Below are positions 62,106 through 64,000 of a DNA stretch of 64,000 bases, one piece after another. Source of the stretch: Camelus ferus. Lineage: Eukaryota. The translations under genes and the position numbers were made by a program. The notes under the pieces are model-generated. The model worked only from the letters and a program-made list of their open reading frames with translations. It was not told the origin of the DNA and did no database searches. The first letter of the stretch is position 1; every line of letters begins with the position of its first letter. Location: NCBI RefSeq assembly GCF_009834535.1, contig NC_045697.1:69132001-69196000 (forward strand). The letters run 5' to 3'.

Positions 62106-63548
62106 AGGGTGCTGTTGTTCTCCACCACTACCAGCATCTGTGTCAGGCATCTTCCGTGTGCCACGCTCTGACCCAGCAAGCCACGGATACTCAGAAATTA
62201 AATGATATCTGGATGGTAGATGATGCCCCAAACTCATAAAGTTGGATGAAATCCATTCTCTTGTCAGGGTTCAGCCTGGTATGTGTCTGGTATGTGGTAA
62301 ATCACCTGTAAATTTTTGTTGAGGAAAGGAAGAAATGAATGAAAAAATGAACTGTTTTAAAGATCACAGTGGTGGGAACTCAGGCCAACAGTTCAGCAGC
62401 TGATTTAGTATCCAAGTTAGATACCTTTTATTTTTTATAATCTCATTTTTGAAGTGACCCTTTTGACCATTTCACTTGTTTACAACTGATTGTATGTGAG
62501 ACGAACGACAGTTTAGAACTAAAAATCCACGAGCTATTTTCATTTATTTATGGAACAAATTAAAAGAAGATGGCAAGAGAAAAAGCTTAAAAATAAGGGT
62601 ATTCCTTGACTTGTGTAAATCTCCTTCATACAAATAATTGACTTCACCATAATAGCTATTCCAGCTGACTGGCCACAGGAATGTTCCTCCCCATCAGAAG
62701 TTATCTCTTGGCGTCTTTCCGTGGAGCAAAGCAGCTGTTCATTAGGGCTTTCCTATTACTTATTTCACTCAGAGTAGCCTAAAGGTTTGTACTTTTTTAC
62801 TGACAGCAGTATATTCTATTAACTGTATTACAATAGGAGTCGTGTTTTGGCATCTGATTTGGAACCCTAAGATAAATTTCTGTTACATGTGGTAGTTAGG
62901 CCAGTGAGTCCAATGAAGAGTTGATTAATTCATAAAATCAGTTCAGTATCAACTAACAATTATATAACCAAACCATTAGTGGACACAAAAATGTGTCCAT
63001 AGCTAGATGCATCCCAGCATCTTAAACAACCATGTCTTAGAACCAAAACTATTCAAATGCTATAATATTAAATTGAGATCTGAGGGTTTTGAGATTTTTT
63101 TGTGAGTTTCATTTATCACAGGTTTCCCTTTGCCTCATCTAATCTCTTATTTTCTCCCCGTCAAAAACTTTTAAGTACCCATTAAGCATCTATCAACTAT
63201 GTAAGGTTTTTGAAAAAAACATGAGAAATACTAGATGGTACCTTTGTAGGGATGTGGGTGTTGGTATGAGTATGTGTAATAAAAAAATAATTGGAAATAA
63301 TATAGGGTTTCAAATTTATAGTTGCATTATAACTTTTTTACAATTCAGTACCAAATAGACTGTTTTTTTCCTTTACATATCTTTACTACAATTGAGATTA
63401 TACTGCTGCTAAGAGGCAATTGGAACTTTGATTCATAGGCTTCAATGAAAAGAATACAACGTATGTTCTTTGTGTGACCTCTGGATTAGAATTATTAAAT
63501 TATTTTTAAATTTAACAAACATGAAAGGAATCAGCGATTCCTTTCAAG

Positions 63549-63775
63549 CAGCAGTTCTCAAAATATGTTTCATCAAATAATAACTCCAAGAAATGTTCAA
63601 CAAAGAAAAAGGATTTTATGGTCAGGTTAGTTAGGGAAATAGCTCATTCCCTTAACTTGCCTTTGGAATTCTTCTTTTAATTTGTTCACTGATTCACAAA
63701 CTGTTTCACTGTGGGTCTTTTTTGCAAGAGACACCTATTAACATTCCACTGGAAATACTTTGGAAAATGCTATGG
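63549..63775. mobile_element. Possible hAT-Charlie MITE remnant
   Basis: TIR-like ends cagcagttctcaaaa and actttggaaaatgct. Confidence 0.45.
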
Positions 63776-64000
63776 AATAAGCTTTTAAAAAGTAATTAAA
63801 CATTAGGTAAAATTTGTTGCATTCCTGTAGATTCTTAACCAACTGTTGTGAATCATGGCTCTCTCCTTGTGTTGTTCTTAAACTTTGAAGATTCTACTCC
63901 TTTTAAAGTCACCCTGATATCTGTCTTAGAGTACAGCACTCTAGAAGTTTGCACTGATTCACAGTTTCACCCTGGCTTAGGCATCTTGGCCATATAGAAT

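Larger units (their letters stand above)
1..64000 (+). other. RAP1GDS1: Internal portion of the RAP1GDS1 gene (intron 3 to intron 12); start and stop codons lie outside the window
   Basis: Nine AG/GT-bounded exons splice into one open frame matching the SmgGDS protein as I recall it (EFMRIPCVDAG...LIRHSKSK). Confidence 0.97.

Noticed and set aside
391..62239. The many 60-160 aa ORFs in the ORF track as independent genes
   Set aside because: They are F/L/I/K-rich chance ORFs in AT-rich intron, antisense shadows of exons, L1 or MaLR remnants, or exon read-throughs. None forms a coherent separate gene.
1..64000. CRISPR arrays, operons, prophage or defence systems, CpG-island promoter
   Set aside because: The sequence is eukaryotic intron/exon DNA with no spaced repeat array or gene-dense segment, and it is CpG-poor throughout.

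Overview
This is AT-rich, CpG-poor mammalian genomic DNA, not prokaryotic. The whole window lies inside one + strand gene, RAP1GDS1 (SmgGDS), an armadillo-repeat chaperone and atypical GEF for polybasic small GTPases. Nine coding exons were read directly from the sequence, all with AG/GT boundaries. They total 1205 nt and splice into one uninterrupted frame. Against the human 607-aa isoform as I recall it, they are exons 4-12 and about residues 79-480. They include the 147-nt cassette exon 5 that distinguishes SmgGDS-607 from SmgGDS-558, and a NAGNAG acceptor on exon 12. The introns hold old eutherian repeats (MIR, L2, L1M, MLT1, hAT-Charlie), young L1 3' fragments and two tRNA-derived SINEs resembling the camelid Vic-1 family, which suggests a camel, alpaca or llama genome (inference). 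Almost all entries in the ORF track are spurious, L1 remnants or exon read-throughs. I found no evidence of a wholly new gene system. The leads most worth checking are (i) all of exons 4-11 are phase 1-1 modules, with inverted L1 homology around exons 8-11 that could yield a stop-free circRNA; (ii) several candidate poison or micro-exons; (iii) an L1 nested in a SINE tail whose TSD copy reads as a perfect splice donor; and (iv) a possibly chimeric retro-insertion. Repeat family names and boundaries come from recall of consensus sequences and are approximate.
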